Positions 39,250 to 50,773 are shown, counted from the stretch's first letter. The stretch: 55,435 nt of DNA from a bacterium (GCA_027623425.1 JAQBTH010000003.1:1-55435), one strand, 5' to 3'. The notes: generated by a model not told the origin, from the letters alone. Numbers and translations are program-made.

Positions 39250-42200
39250 TTATACATTTGCGAGTTCGCCTGACTTTTCTTGGTCCATGAAGGCTAGCTC
39301 TTCTTCTGTTACTTCTAGTGATTCGCCAGTTGTAGACTTCAAAGATATGTTGTTGTAATGCTTGAAGCCTGTACCTGCCGGAATCAATTTACCAATAATG
39401 ACGTTCTCCTTTAGACCGTACATCTCATCTTTTTCACCGTTTATAGCGGCGCGAGAGAGAACCTTTGCTGTTTCTTGGAATGAAGAAGCAGAAATGAAAC
39501 TTTCCGTGCTCAAAGATGCCCGAGTAATACCCAATAATGCTCTATTTCCAGTCGCAGGTTCTTTACCTTCAGCTTTTGCTTTAAGGTTTGCTGCCTCGAA
39601 TCGACGGACATCTATCATGTCGTTTGGAAGTAAACTTGTTCCACCCATCGTTTCGATAAGAATCTTGCGGGTCATCTGCCTTACAATAACTTCGATGTGC
39701 TTGGAATTGATGCTTACACCTTGTGAACGGTATACACGTTGTACTTCTTCTACAAGGTATTTTTGAGTGGCTTGAACGCCTGTTGTTTCAAGTAAATCAT
39801 GAGGGTTAATCATGCCACTGGTTAGCTGATCTCCCCGTTTGATTTGCTGACCAGAGAAGATGATGACACGCGTGCCATCAGCGACTTTGTATTCCTTACG
39901 GTCAGACTCTCCAACAACAGCAACCATTTTTTGAGTTCCGGTTGTGAATACATCTGCAATACCTTCAACTTCACTCAATATTGCATTATCACGGTAACGA
40001 CGTGCTTCAAAGAGCTCTTCAACTCTTGGAAGACCCTGTACGATGTCTTTTGTTTTGGATGCTTCCTCTGAACTGATGCGATCCATGGCCAGTACATCGT
40101 TTTCCTTGATCTTAGTGCCATCTTCAACATGTAGAATGGATCCGGCATACACTTGGTAGGCATCGCCAAGATTGATCGTTACATCAAATAGAGGGTCTTT
40201 CTTGGCTTGTTTTGCAGAACTTTCTACTTTGGAGACAATACCACTGACGGCAAGTGACTCTTTAGAATTCAGACTCATGCCAGTATGGGCTCTTTTGCCT
40301 TTTTGGAATTGGTCTTTATAGTCTTTACTTACCGTGAATGTTTGCGATTTTCCTGTATCAACGAAGATTTCTCCTGCGTTATCAGCAAATACACCGGTTA
40401 CTTTACCTTTGCTGTCTTTATCAACCTGAGCTGAAAAGCCTACAAACTGAACCTTACCGCTATTGCGAGCGATGATAAAGTTGTAACTTGGATCGTATGA
40501 CAATACTGTGTCACCAATCTTAACTTTTGCTTTATCCTTAACTGCTAACTGAGAATTTTGAGGTACATAGACGGTGTATTTACCGCTGTTCTCTGTATTG
40601 ATATAGATTGTGCCTTCATTAATGGCCAACCATGCGTCATTACCCTCTTCATCACGAATCTTAGCAACTTGAAGACCTGCTCCTAGCTCAATCGTACCAG
40701 CAGACTTCGCAGAAATCGTAACCAACGATGCTTTACGTAAGTCAACACCACCTGTGTGGAAGGTTCTCATGGTTAACTGTGTGCCTGGCTCACCAATTGA
40801 TTGAGCCGCAATAATACCCACAGCTTCACCAATATTAATGATTCGACCAGTCGCCAAATCTAAGCCATAACATTGTTGACATACACCGCGCTCTGACAGA
40901 CACGTATATATGCTTCTTACTTTTAAAGCCTTAAGACCAAGCTCATCAATGCGTTTCGATTTTTTGATCGTCACAACTTCACCTGGTTCGACCAAGGTAA
41001 TATTGTTTGCTTTATCTTCTACTTTTTCAAGACTGATACGGCCTTCTACTAATTCGCCAAGAGACACGATTTCTTGCGCCTCATCACGAATTGGCTCTAG
41101 AACAATACCTTCTTTAACACCGCAGTCCTCTTCTACAATGGTCACATCTTGAGCCACGTCGACTAAACGACGCGTCAGGTAACCAGAGTCAGCTGTACGA
41201 AGTGCCGTATCTACAAGACCCTTACGGGCACCGTAACAAGAGATGAAGTATTCCGCTAATGATAAGCCTTCTTTAAAGTTGGATTTAATAGGAACCTTAA
41301 CTGTACGGCCCTGAGCATCAGACATCAAACCACGCATTCCAGCTAACTGTCTTACCTGGTCAATGTTACCTCTAGCTCCAGAATTGGCCATGATAAAGAT
41401 GTTGTTTAGTCGGCCAAACTCATCTTCCATCATTTCGGAAATTTCACCCGTTACACGACGCCAAACATCATGGCTACGAAGAGTTTTTTCTTCCTCATTC
41501 ATTGAACCCTTTTTATGCTGTGCATCAAGTAGTTCAACGTCCTTCTCTGCTTTGGCAATCAAATCGCCCTTATTCTTAGGTATGCGTAAATCCGCAATAG
41601 AGATGGAAATACCAGAGACTGTTGCATAATGAAAACCAGTGTTTTTCAATCGGTCAGCTAGTATCGACGTAATTTCATTGTCATACAAGTTGTACCAATC
41701 AAGTATCAAGTCTGCTAGTTGCTTCTTACCAATAGTGCGATTAAGGTAACCTTCGCGTTCTAGTGAGAACTCGTCAAACACTGTCCAAATTGCGTTGTTG
41801 AAAATAGCGCGACCGACTGTGGTTTCAATCCACTCTCCATCAAAACGGATTCTGATTTGACTGTGCACCTTAATAACATCAGCTTTGTATGCACGGTATG
41901 CTTCGTCGTATGTGGCAAAATACTTATTTCTACCAATTTCAACAGTTGGATCATCAACGGTTAGGAAATAAATGCCTAGTACCATATCCTGTGTAGGAGT
42001 AATGATGGATCGTCCGTTTGAAGGCGATAGAACATTGTTGTTAGACATGATGAGCAATCGGCATTCTGCCTGTGCTTCTAACGATAATGGTACATGAACC
42101 GCCATTTGGTCACCGTCAAAGTCGGCGTTAAACGCTGTACATACTAGAGGATGGACCTGAATAGCAGATCCTTCTACAAGTACAGGGTCAAATGCTTGAA

Positions 42201-43479
42201 TACCCAAACGATGGAGGGTTGGTGCACGGTTAAGAAGAACTGGTTGCCCTTTGATAATTTCTTCTAAAACATCCCATACATAAACGTCTTTTTGTTCGAT
42301 TTTGCGTTTAGCGCTCTTAACGTTTGTAACATAACCCTCTTCAACTAATTTTCTGATAACAAATGGTTTGAACAACTCCAATGCCATTTCTTTTGGTAAT
42401 CCGCACTGGTGAAACTGTAAATGAGGACCGACAACAATAACTGAACGGCCAGAATAATCCACACGCTTACCAAGTAAGTTTTGACGGAAACGACCCTGCT
42501 TACCTTCGATAATATTACCTAAGGATTTTAATGGGCGTCCATTTGAACCTGTAACAGCGCGCCCACGCTTACCGTTGGCAATTAACATGTCAACGGATTC
42601 TTGTAACATACGCTTTTCGTTTCGCACGATCATTTCAGGCGCACCGATATCGATAAGACGCTTAAGGCGATTGTTTCTATTTACTACGCGACGGTATAAG
42701 TCGTTTAAGTCAGACGTCGCGAAACGGCCACCTTCCAACTGAACCATAGGACGCAGATCCGGTGGCATAATAGGAATGGCTTCTAGAACCATCCATTCAG
42801 GACGATTGCCTGATGACTTAAGCGACTCAACGATTTTTAAACGCTTAGTAAGACGAAGTAATTTATGGCTTTTCGCGCCTTCTATTTCCTCACGAAGACG
42901 CTTCATTTCTTCTTCAAGATTCATGTTAGCAAGAAGCGTTTTGATGGCACTTGCGCCCATTTCCGCTTCAATTTTATCGCCATGCTCTTCTTTAGCGTCG
43001 TAATAGTCGTCTGTACCCAGAATTTGTTTATACTTGATATCAGAAATATCAGGGTGAATTTTAGTTACGATGTAAGAATCATAATAAATTACTTCTTCAA
43101 GTTCTCTAGATGTCATGTCCAAAAGCAATCCCATATAGCTAGGAATTCCTTTGAGGAACCAAATATGAGATACTGGCGCGGCCAATTCAATGTGACCCAT
43201 TCTCTCACGACGTACTTTAGAGTGAGTAACTTGTACACCACATCTCTCACAAACGATACCTCGGTAACGAACCCGACGGTATTTACCGCAGGAACATTCC
43301 CAATCTTTCACAGGTCCAAAAATCTTTTCACAGAACAAACCTTTGCGTTCAGGCTTGAAGGTACGGTAGTTGATGGTTTCTGGCTTTTCAACCTCACCAT
43401 GGGACCAGTACCTAATTTTATCTGGTGATGATAGACCTATTTCAATATATCCAAAATCTTCTGGGCTAGTTATTAACAT
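39250..43479 (-). CDS. rpoC: RNA polymerase beta-prime subunit (unsplit)
   Basis: NADFDGDQM catalytic motif, N-terminal zinc finger, [18 protein letters not shown]. Confidence 0.99.
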   Translation of the reverse strand: MLITSPEDFGYIEIGLSSPDKIRYWSHGEVEKPETINYRTFKPERKGLFCEKIFGPVKDWECSCGKYRRVRYRGIVCERCGVQVTHSKVRRERMGHIELAAPVSHIWFLKGIPSYMGLLLDMTSRELEEVIYYDSYIVTKIHPDISDIKYKQILGTDDYYDAKEEHGDKIEAEMGASAIKTLLANMNLEEEMKRLREEIEGAKSHKLLRLTKRLKIVESLKSSGNRPEWMVLEAIPIMPPDLRPMVQLEGGRFATSDLNDLYRRVVNRNNRLKRLIDIGAPEMIVRNEKRMLQESVDMLIANGKRGRAVTGSNGRPLKSLGNIIEGKQGRFRQNLLGKRVDYSGRSVIVVGPHLQFHQCGLPKEMALELFKPFVIRKLVEEGYVTNVKSAKRKIEQKDVYVWDVLEEIIKGQPVLLNRAPTLHRLGIQAFDPVLVEGSAIQVHPLVCTAFNADFDGDQMAVHVPLSLEAQAECRLLIMSNNNVLSPSNGRSIITPTQDMVLGIYFLTVDDPTVEIGRNKYFATYDEAYRAYKADVIKVHSQIRIRFDGEWIETTVGRAIFNNAIWTVFDEFSLEREGYLNRTIGKKQLADLILDWYNLYDNEITSILADRLKNTGFHYATVSGISISIADLRIPKNKGDLIAKAEKDVELLDAQHKKGSMNEEEKTLRSHDVWRRVTGEISEMMEDEFGRLNNIFIMANSGARGNIDQVRQLAGMRGLMSDAQGRTVKVPIKSNFKEGLSLAEYFISCYGARKGLVDTALRTADSGYLTRRLVDVAQDVTIVEEDCGVKEGIVLEPIRDEAQEIVSLGELVEGRISLEKVEDKANNITLVEPGEVVTIKKSKRIDELGLKALKVRSIYTCLSERGVCQQCYGLDLATGRIINIGEAVGIIAAQSIGEPGTQLTMRTFHTGGVDLRKASLVTISAKSAGTIELGAGLQVAKIRDEEGNDAWLAINEGTIYINTENSGKYTVYVPQNSQLAVKDKAKVKIGDTVLSYDPSYNFIIARNSGKVQFVGFSAQVDKDSKGKVTGVFADNAGEIFVDTGKSQTFTVSKDYKDQFQKGKRAHTGMSLNSKESLAVSGIVSKVESSAKQAKKDPLFDVTINLGDAYQVYAGSILHVEDGTKIKENDVLAMDRISSEEASKTKDIVQGLPRVEELFEARRYRDNAILSEVEGIADVFTTGTQKMVAVVGESDRKEYKVADGTRVIIFSGQQIKRGDQLTSGMINPHDLLETTGVQATQKYLVEEVQRVYRSQGVSINSKHIEVIVRQMTRKILIETMGGTSLLPNDMIDVRRFEAANLKAKAEGKEPATGNRALLGITRASLSTESFISASSFQETAKVLSRAAINGEKDEMYGLKENVIIGKLIPAGTGFKHYNNISLKSTTGESLEVTEEELAFMDQEKSGELANV

Positions 43480-43501
43480 GCGCGTTCTCCCTTTACTTTA
43501 A

Positions 43502-46500
43502 TTACCGTGTGTCTATTTCATGACCATCATGCGCCATAACTCGTATGTCTAGCGCAATGGAACGCAACTCGCGAAGTAACACTCGGAATGATTCCGGGGT
43601 ACCTGGACGAGACAGCGGCTTACCTTTAATGATGGCTTCGTATGCTTTCGCACGACCGGTAAGATCATCTGATTTAATGGTCAACATTTCTTGTAGGGTA
43701 TTTGCAGCACCATATGCTTCAAGCGCCCATACTTCCATCTCACCAAATCGTTGACCACCATACTGCGCTTTACCACCCAACGGCTGTTGAGTTACAAGAG
43801 AGTACGGTCCAGTTGATCGTGCATGAATTTTGTCGTTAACAAGGTGAATCAGTTTCAGTACATACATGTACCCAACTGTTACCTCACGTTCAAACGATTC
43901 ACCGGTACGTCCATCGCGTAATGCAACAGTTCCCGTTTCTTTAATCCATTCGAATCCATCATGCTTTGACGCGTCTTTTAACTTGCCTTCTACAGTAGTT
44001 ACAGACGTATTTTTACCTTCTTTTTCAAGCGTTTGGTCAAAGAGTTGAACCTGGTAGTTTTCACCTAATACATGGGATGCCATACCAAGCAATGTTTCAA
44101 ATAACTGACCGACGTTCATACGAGATGGAACACCAAGTGGGTTCAAAATAATGTCCAATGGAACTCCATTTGGGCAGAATGGCATATCCTCTTCTGCAAG
44201 AATGGTTGAAATTACACCTTTGTTTCCATGACGTCCCGCAATTTTATCCCCGATAGAGATTTTGCGTAGCTGAGCCACGTAAACACGAACGATACAGTTT
44301 ACGCCTGGTGGTAAATCATCGTTGTTGTCTCTAGAGAAAACACGAACACCAATTACTTTTCCGGATTCACCTGATGACACTTTAAGAGATGTGTCTCTCA
44401 TGTCTCTGGCTTTGTCACCGAAAATAGCGCGTAATAGTTTTTCTTCGGCTGGTGGCTCAGTTTCGCCTTTTGGCGTCACTTTTCCTACTAAAATATCTCC
44501 GGCCTTAACAATCGCACCAATGCGAATGATACCAAGTTCGTCTAGATCGCTTAGTGCGTCTTCAGATACATTTGGAACCTCACGGGTTAACTCTTCAGGG
44601 CCAAGTTTTGTAGTTCGAACATCAACTTCATAGCGGTGAATATGTATGGATGTGAAGACATCTTCTTTAACAAGGCGATTTGAAATAATAATCGCATCCT
44701 CAAAGTTATAGCCTTCCCATGGCATGAAACCAACCAGGATATTTCGTCCTAATGCTAACTCACCATTGTGTGTAGAGGCACCATCAGCGATTAAATCGCC
44801 TTTCTTGACCTTCTGACCAAGGGTAACGACTGGATACTGATTTTTACATGTATTCTGATTTGAACGCACATACTTATGCAATTCATACGTTTCCTTTTTA
44901 CCGCCATTACCTTTAATGATAATGCTGTCTCCAGAAACGTAATCTACCACCCCATCAAGATCAGAGTGAAGCAATCCACCTGAGTCACGGGCAACCACGC
45001 GCTCCATACCAGTCCCAACGTAAGGGGCTTCTGGATTAATAAGAGGCACAGCCTGACGTTGCATGTTAGCGCCCATTAAGGCTCTGTTCGCATCATCATG
45101 TTGTAAAAATGGAATCAAGCTACATGCCACACCAATTAACTGGCGAGGAGATACACCTACGTATTCAACCTCTTCTGGTGTTACAAATTCAAAGTTTCGC
45201 GCATAACGGGCAACGACTGTCGTGCCGAGTAGCTTTCCGTTCCTAGACGGAGTGTCCCATGGGGCAATATAGAATTTTTCTTCCATATCAGCTGTCATAT
45301 GCACGACCTCTTCAGAAATTTGACCCTTCACAACTTTATGATATGGTGTTTCGATAAATCCATAGTCATTAACGCGACCATAGGTTGAAAGCGGACCAAT
45401 CAAACCAGCGTTAGGACCCTCTGGCGTTTCAATCGGGCAAATACGTCCGTAGTGAGTCGCGTGAATATCGCGCACTTCAAAGCCTGCGCGCTCTTTCGTT
45501 AAACCACCTGGCCCAAGCGCACTCAAACGTCGTTTGTGAACGATTTCAGCAAGTGGGTTAGTCTGATCCATAAACTGCGATAACTGAGAACTACCGAAGA
45601 ACTCACGCATTACCGCAACTAATGGACGAATGTTAATTAAATGTTGAGGAACTATTTTTTCATTGCCTTTAAGCGCCATTTGCTCACGGATTAAACGCTC
45701 TAAACGTGCTAATCCGATTCTAAATTGACGCTGTAACTGCTCACCAACTGTGCGAACACGTCGGTTACCTAAATGGTCGATATCATCAACCATGCCCTCT
45801 TTTTTAATTAAGGATATTAAATAGTTAACAATTCCAAGGACATCTTCTCTGCTTAAAACAGTTAAGTCGTCTTTTGTATCTATGTGCTCTAAACGACGAT
45901 TTACTTTGTAACGACCCACTTTACTTAGGTCGTACTTCGCTTCGTTAAAAAACAAGTTATCTAACAATAATTTTGCGCCATCCAATGTGATAGGCTCGCC
46001 AGAATGAAGAATCTTATAGATTTCCAACAAACTGTCTTCTTGTGACAACATTGGAGCTTTAGCTGTAGTCAATGCAAACACGTCGTTATCGATGATAGAT
46101 TTTGATAAATCTGCCTCAGAATAACCAAGCGCTCCCAAAAGATACGTAACAGGAATACGCTTCATTTTGTTTATATGAGCATAAATAATGTTATTGTGAT
46201 CGCATTCGATCTCTAACCACGCACCACGGTTGGGGATGATGGTGGCAATATAGCCGCTTTTACTTGTTGCAGTTGCTGTTTTATCACGAAAATACACGCC
46301 TGGTGAGCGTACAAATTGGCTAACAACAACCCGTTCGGCGCCATTTACAAGGAAAGTACCGCGATCTGTCATCAACGGAATATCACTCATAAACACTTCT
46401 TGCTCTTTTATCTCTCCAGTTTCACGATTTATAAGCCGCACTGGAACTTTAAGAGAGGCAGAATAGGTAACTTCCCGGCGCTTACACTCTTCAAATGATA

Positions 46501-46720
46501 ATTCAGGATCTTCTAAGTAGTACCCTTCTAAAAACTCGAGTTCATACTTACCGCCATACCCAACGATTGGGCTGACATTTTTGAACTCTTCCTTTAATCC
46601 ATCTTTAATAAAGATTTCATAGGATCGGGTTTGAATCTCTAATAAATTCGGAACGTCTAACGTTTCCTTCGGAGCTTCAGGATTTAAAAATACGCGATTT
46701 CTTGGCTTGACTTTAAACAA
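43502..46720 (-). CDS. rpoB: RNA polymerase beta subunit
   Basis: SQFMDQTNPL, GDKIAGRHGNKG, GQRFGEMEVWALEAYGA; TTG start. Confidence 0.99.
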   Translation of the reverse strand: MFKVKPRNRVFLNPEAPKETLDVPNLLEIQTRSYEIFIKDGLKEEFKNVSPIVGYGGKYELEFLEGYYLEDPELSFEECKRREVTYSASLKVPVRLINRETGEIKEQEVFMSDIPLMTDRGTFLVNGAERVVVSQFVRSPGVYFRDKTATATSKSGYIATIIPNRGAWLEIECDHNNIIYAHINKMKRIPVTYLLGALGYSEADLSKSIIDNDVFALTTAKAPMLSQEDSLLEIYKILHSGEPITLDGAKLLLDNLFFNEAKYDLSKVGRYKVNRRLEHIDTKDDLTVLSREDVLGIVNYLISLIKKEGMVDDIDHLGNRRVRTVGEQLQRQFRIGLARLERLIREQMALKGNEKIVPQHLINIRPLVAVMREFFGSSQLSQFMDQTNPLAEIVHKRRLSALGPGGLTKERAGFEVRDIHATHYGRICPIETPEGPNAGLIGPLSTYGRVNDYGFIETPYHKVVKGQISEEVVHMTADMEEKFYIAPWDTPSRNGKLLGTTVVARYARNFEFVTPEEVEYVGVSPRQLIGVACSLIPFLQHDDANRALMGANMQRQAVPLINPEAPYVGTGMERVVARDSGGLLHSDLDGVVDYVSGDSIIIKGNGGKKETYELHKYVRSNQNTCKNQYPVVTLGQKVKKGDLIADGASTHNGELALGRNILVGFMPWEGYNFEDAIIISNRLVKEDVFTSIHIHRYEVDVRTTKLGPEELTREVPNVSEDALSDLDELGIIRIGAIVKAGDILVGKVTPKGETEPPAEEKLLRAIFGDKARDMRDTSLKVSSGESGKVIGVRVFSRDNNDDLPPGVNCIVRVYVAQLRKISIGDKIAGRHGNKGVISTILAEEDMPFCPNGVPLDIILNPLGVPSRMNVGQLFETLLGMASHVLGENYQVQLFDQTLEKEGKNTSVTTVEGKLKDASKHDGFEWIKETGTVALRDGRTGESFEREVTVGYMYVLKLIHLVNDKIHARSTGPYSLVTQQPLGGKAQYGGQRFGEMEVWALEAYGAANTLQEMLTIKSDDLTGRAKAYEAIIKGKPLSRPGTPESFRVLLRELRSIALDIRVMAHDGHEIDTR

Positions 46721-46744
46721 TTTTCCAACCTCTCGTTCTAATGC

Positions 46745-46789
46745 AAAATACCCGAGGCTGCGATAAGATCGCAGTTCCTCAGGTATTTT
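46745..46789 (-). terminator. Long stem-loop between rplL and rpoB (terminator/attenuator)
   Basis: Minus strand AAAATACCTGAGG-AA-CTGCGAT-CTT-ATCGCAG-CCTCGGGTATTTT. Confidence 0.7.
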
Positions 46790-46798
46790 AACGTTTGT

Positions 46799-47218
46799 TT
46801 ATTTGAACTCAACTGTAGCGCCTTGTTCTTCAAGTTGCTTTTTGATTACTTCAGCTTCTTCCTTAGCAACGCCTCCCTTAATTTCTTTCGGGGCAGCATC
46901 AACTAATTCTTTAGCCTCTTTAAGACCTAGGCCTGTGATTTCACGAACCACTTTTAACACCTGGATCTTCTTGTCTCCAGCATTCGCAAGTACAACACTA
47001 ACTGTTGAGTCTCCTGCGTCAGCATCGTCGGCACCTGCAGCACCAGGTGCAGCAGCCATCGCCATTGGGGCAGCAGCAACAACACCGAATTTGTCCTCAA
47101 GTGCTTTCACTAAATGAGACAATTCTAGTACTGTCATGCTTTCCACGCTCTCTACTACCTTTTGAGCAGTTGGAGTTAATTCGATCTTTTCTTTTGTTAC
47201 GGTTGTTTCTTCTGACAT
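46799..47218 (-). CDS. rplL: 50S ribosomal protein L7/L12
   Basis: [28 protein letters not shown]; start reassigned to ATG 47218 (SD GGAGGTG). Confidence 0.97.
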   Translation of the reverse strand: MSEETTVTKEKIELTPTAQKVVESVESMTVLELSHLVKALEDKFGVVAAAPMAMAAAPGAAGADDADAGDSTVSVVLANAGDKKIQVLKVVREITGLGLKEAKELVDAAPKEIKGGVAKEEAEVIKKQLEEQGATVEFK

Positions 47219-47234
47219 TATTTTCACCTCCTAT

Positions 47235-47774
47235 TTATTCTTTTTGGTCTTTAATCGCACTCAGCACGTAGACCAAGCCACGAAGAGGGCTAGAAAGATT
47301 AAGGACAAACTGATCGATAGGAGCACGGAATGATCCGACTACTTTCGCTATCAATTCATCTTTTGACGGTAATTTGGCCAACTCCTGTATGGTGGCCTCG
47401 CTGATTGGTGCGCGGCTAAGAATGCCGCCTTTAAGCACTACAGCGTCGTTCTCTTTCATGAACGTCACAATCGCTTTAGAAGCCGTTGCGGCATCATCCT
47501 TAATAAAGAACAATGCGGTCGGGCCTTCCGTTGCGTCGCCGGAAAGATCAACTGAAAGGTTCTGAAGGGCAATACGAGTAAATGAATTCTTGTAGACTTT
47601 CATTTGAGTATTATGCTCACGCAAGATACTACGTAGAGCGCCAAACTGAGATACTTTTAAACCTCTATAATTAATAAAGATTGTGGCAACACTATCTTCC
47701 ATTCGATCCTGTAATTCGGAAACGATCTCTTGCTTTTCAGGCAATATGTGGCGTTTTACAGCTGTTTCGCTCAT
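47235..47774 (-). CDS. rplJ: 50S ribosomal protein L10
   Basis: YRGLKV, LR, VYKN, GPTA, LAKLPSK.EL; start ATG 47774 (SD GGAGG) overlaps the rplA stop. Confidence 0.95.
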   Translation of the reverse strand: MSETAVKRHILPEKQEIVSELQDRMEDSVATIFINYRGLKVSQFGALRSILREHNTQMKVYKNSFTRIALQNLSVDLSGDATEGPTALFFIKDDAATASKAIVTFMKENDAVVLKGGILSRAPISEATIQELAKLPSKDELIAKVVGSFRAPIDQFVLNLSSPLRGLVYVLSAIKDQKE

Positions 47775-48478
47775 GCTGAAACCTCCCATTTATTTTTCTG
47801 AGACTCTACCTTAACACCAGGGCCCATTGTTGGGGCCAATACGATAGATCTCATGTACACACCTTTAGATTTTGAAGGTTTTGCCTTTTCAATAACTTCG
47901 TATATTGCAACAAAGTTATCACGCAATTTTTCACTATCAAATGACGCTTTACCAATAACACTGTGAATAATTCCGTTTTTATCATTACGGTATTCTACCT
48001 TACCTGCCTTGAAATCGGTAACTGCTTTTACAACATCTGGCGTAACAGTTCCGCTTTTAGGGCTTGGCATCAAACCTCTAGCACCAAGTACTCGGCCCAA
48101 CTTACCCACTTTGGCCATCATATCTGGAGACGCGATCAAAACGTCAAAATCTAGGAAACCGCCGCTTATTTTTTCAATAAGGTCATCGGAACCCACTTCA
48201 TTTGCGCCAGCCTTCTCAGCTAACTTTTGATTTTCACCTTCGCAAATTACAACCACGCGAACATCTTTACCAGTTCCATGCGGAAGAATAATGGTGCCGC
48301 GCACTAACTGATCAGCATGCCTAGGGTCAATTCCTAAGTTAAAATGAACTTCGATAGTTTCGTCGAACTTTGCGTTAGAGACGCCTTTAACTAATTCAAT
48401 CGCATCTGTTGGCACATAGTGCTTTTCGTTATCGATCTTTTTCGCTGCTTCAGCGTACTTTTTACCACGAAAACCCAT
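47771..48478 (-). CDS. rplA: 50S ribosomal protein L1
   Basis: [30 protein letters not shown]. Confidence 0.98.
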   Translation of the reverse strand: MGFRGKKYAEAAKKIDNEKHYVPTDAIELVKGVSNAKFDETIEVHFNLGIDPRHADQLVRGTIILPHGTGKDVRVVVICEGENQKLAEKAGANEVGSDDLIEKISGGFLDFDVLIASPDMMAKVGKLGRVLGARGLMPSPKSGTVTPDVVKAVTDFKAGKVEYRNDKNGIIHSVIGKASFDSEKLRDNFVAIYEVIEKAKPSKSKGVYMRSIVLAPTMGPGVKVESQKNKWEVSA

Positions 48479-48909
48479 TAGTCTACTACCTCCACGCCCA
48501 TACTGCGAGCCGAACCAGCCACAGTATTCATGGCAGCCTCAACGTCATATGCATTAAGGTCTTTCAATTTGATTTCAGCAATTTCACGAACTGCAGAACG
48601 GGAAATAGTTCTACCTTTTTCCCGACCAGGCATACTAGCACCTTTCTTCAGTTTTGCAAGCTTTTTTATCAGGTCGCTAACTGGCGGTGTTTTTAAAATG
48701 AATGTGAACGAGTTGTCTTCGAATACAGTAATTTCAACAGGAATAACCTGCCCCATCTTGTCTTTTGTTCTGTCGTTGTATGCTTTACAAAAATCCATAA
48801 TAGGCACACCGTGCTGACCCAATGCTGGACCAACTGGTGGTGCTGGAGTGGCTTTTCCACCCTCAATTTGTAATTTAATTAATGTTTTAATTCTTTTCTT
48901 AGGAGCCAT
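48478..48909 (-). CDS. rplK: 50S ribosomal protein L11
   Basis: [23 protein letters not shown]. Confidence 0.98.
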   Translation of the reverse strand: MAPKKRIKTLIKLQIEGGKATPAPPVGPALGQHGVPIMDFCKAYNDRTKDKMGQVIPVEITVFEDNSFTFILKTPPVSDLIKKLAKLKKGASMPGREKGRTISRSAVREIAEIKLKDLNAYDVEAAMNTVAGSARSMGVEVVD

Positions 48910-48928
48910 GTGTCTCGCGCCCTTTCTT

Positions 48929-49729
48929 CTAAGTGCCTAGTGCTTTTTCTACCTGGTCGAAGTCTAACTCTACTGGAGTTTCGCGACCAAAGATAGAAAT
49001 TAACGATTTCAACTTACCACGATCCGCATTGATCTCCGAAATAGTACCGGAATATCCGCGGAAAGGACCCGAAATAACTTTGATCATTTCATTTAACTCA
49101 AAGTCCACTTCGATTTTCTTAGTCTTGTCGCCAACTTTACGTAGGATTTTATCAATTTCTTTTGGTGAGATTGCTGTTGGGGCCTTTTTGTCTCCGACAA
49201 TTTTGGCAACACCTGGTATTTGCTTAAGCAGAAACCATGCCTCTTGATCTGGCAACATGCAAACAAAAATATATCCTGGATAGATTTTAGTCGTTCTTTC
49301 CATTCGTTTGTTATTTTTGATCTCGACCGTTTCCTCTTCAGGTAGAAGCACCCTGAAAACCTTCCCTTGAACAACATCGTTCATCATCAACAAAATGCGA
49401 TCACGAACCTTATGTTCTTGCAGAGAATAACACTGAAGTGTGTACCAACGCCGCCCGTCGTTTTCCTCATCATCATCAGAAGACGCATCACTTTCCTCTG
49501 ATTCATCTGATTCATTTTTAACAGGCTCTTGGTTGTCTATCTCTTCACTGCTTTTTTCGGCAGCTATTTCTATTGCATTCTCAGCAATAGGCTCAGCAAC
49601 TTGCGCCGCTGTGTCATCACTTGAGTCTGTCACTTCATCAGTGGACTCTTCGTCAACCGAAATCGTTTCCATCAAGGATGATTCGGAAGTGTCTTCAAAT
49701 TCGTCGATTACACCTTTGTTTTCGTCCAC
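48929..49729 (-). CDS. nusG: Transcription termination/antitermination factor NusG with acidic N-terminal extension
   Basis: [28 protein letters not shown]. Confidence 0.96.
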   Translation of the reverse strand: MDENKGVIDEFEDTSESSLMETISVDEESTDEVTDSSDDTAAQVAEPIAENAIEIAAEKSSEEIDNQEPVKNESDESEESDASSDDDEENDGRRWYTLQCYSLQEHKVRDRILLMMNDVVQGKVFRVLLPEEETVEIKNNKRMERTTKIYPGYIFVCMLPDQEAWFLLKQIPGVAKIVGDKKAPTAISPKEIDKILRKVGDKTKKIEVDFELNEMIKVISGPFRGYSGTISEINADRGKLKSLISIFGRETPVELDFDQVEKALGT

Positions 49730-49733
49730 TTAT

Positions 49734-49955
49734 CTAAATTCCTTTCAATGAGATTAATATCTTTGAAAATCCCATATCGTATATTGCTACTAACGTTGTA
49801 AAAAATATTAACATTATAATAATGATGAAACTGGCTCGTGTTACGACTGGCATTGCGGGCCAATCCACTTTGCGCAATTCGCATTGGACTCCTGATGCAA
49901 ATTCCCGAACTCCGGTTTTTGCTTTTTTTCCTTTGCTAATCGCTTTTTGACTCAT
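49734..49955 (-). CDS. secE: Preprotein translocase subunit SecE
   Basis: ELRKVDWP followed by one transmembrane helix; canonical position. Confidence 0.93.
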   Translation of the reverse strand: MSQKAISKGKKAKTGVREFASGVQCELRKVDWPAMPVVTRASFIIIIMLIFFTTLVAIYDMGFSKILISLKGI

Positions 49956-50003
49956 CTATCATAAACCCTTTCAACTTGCTTAACCTTTAGACCGTAATTC
50001 TTT

Positions 50004-50079
50004 TGGCAGGCCCGGACGGATTCGAACCGACAACACTCGGTTTTGGAAACCGATGCTCTACCGTTGGAGCTACGGACCT
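50004..50079 (-). tRNA. tRNA-Trp (CCA)
   Basis: 76-nt cloverleaf AGGTCCG...TCGGT-TTCCAAA-ACCGA...GGTTCGAATCC...CGGGCCTGCCA with encoded CCA end; upstream of secE as usual. Confidence 0.96.
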
Positions 50080-50129
50080 AAGGCCACACAAACTATACCG
50101 CCATGCCGAGCAGGCAGAAAGAAACAATG

Positions 50130-50158
50130 ACGATATCATAGGGCATTTGGGGTGTCAA
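50130..50158 (-). promoter_or_regulatory. Sigma70-type promoter for tRNA-Trp-secE-nusG
   Basis: TTGACA-N17-TATCGT with extended TGn. Confidence 0.6.
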
Positions 50159-50195
50159 TAATATTTTTACCCTACCTCACCTCGCAACTAATGTA

Positions 50196-50224
50196 TTGAC
50201 ATATGTGTTTTAGAATGATAGCTT
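50196..50224 (+). promoter_or_regulatory. Sigma70-type promoter for rplU-rpmA-obg
   Basis: TTGACA-N17-TAGCTT with extended TGn; divergent from the tRNA-Trp promoter. Confidence 0.6.
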
Positions 50225-50299
50225 TGTAGCCTCACAATTAGTCCACTAGGTAGCCCCTGGGGGGACCGTTGTGTTGAAACATTTGAATGGAGAGATAAC

Positions 50300-50770
50300 A
50301 TGTACGCAGTTGTTGAGATTAAATCTAAGCAATACACAGTAGAAGAAGGCCACATTATTGCTGTGGACAAGCTAGAAGGTAAAGAAAAAGAAGCTATTTC
50401 GTTTGAATCAGTTTTATTATTAAATGATGGTAAAGCAACCTCGATTGGTCAGCCTCACGTTGCTGGCGCAACGGTTGAAGCCACTATTCTAAGTCAAGAG
50501 CGCGACGATAAGATCGTTGTATTCAAATTTAAACGCAAAACTGGTTATAAAAAGACACAAGGTCATCGTCAAGATATAACTGTTATACAAATTGGTAAAA
50601 TATCAGCAAAAGGCGGCGCTGCAAAACCAGCCGCTAAAGCTGAGGCTAGCACTAAAGCAGAGGCTCCTGAAGCAGAGGCTCCTGAAGCAAAAGCGAAGGA
50701 CGAGAAAAAGGTTGCTGCTAAAAAGCCAGCCGCCAAAAAACCTGCTGCTAAGAAGGAAACTAAGGAGTAA
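50300..50770 (+). CDS. rplU: 50S ribosomal protein L21 with Lys/Ala/Pro-rich C-terminal tail
   Basis: MYAVVE...KQY.V, KFKRK, GHRQ. Confidence 0.97.
   Translation: MYAVVEIKSKQYTVEEGHIIAVDKLEGKEKEAISFESVLLLNDGKATSIGQPHVAGATVEATILSQERDDKIVVFKFKRKTGYKKTQGHRQDITVIQIGKISAKGGAAKPAAKAEASTKAEAPEAEAPEAKAKDEKKVAAKKPAAKKPAAKKETKE
50655..50689 (+). repeat. 15-bp tandem repeat in the rplU tail
   Basis: AAGCAGAGGCTCCTG x2 plus AAGCA, encoding AEAPE-AEAPE. Confidence 0.85.
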
Positions 50771-50773
50771 GAA

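Noticed and set aside
18018-49751. Numerous plus-strand ORFs opposite ribosomal, rpo and EF genes
   Set aside because: They are antisense shadows of conserved genes, with no motifs of their own.
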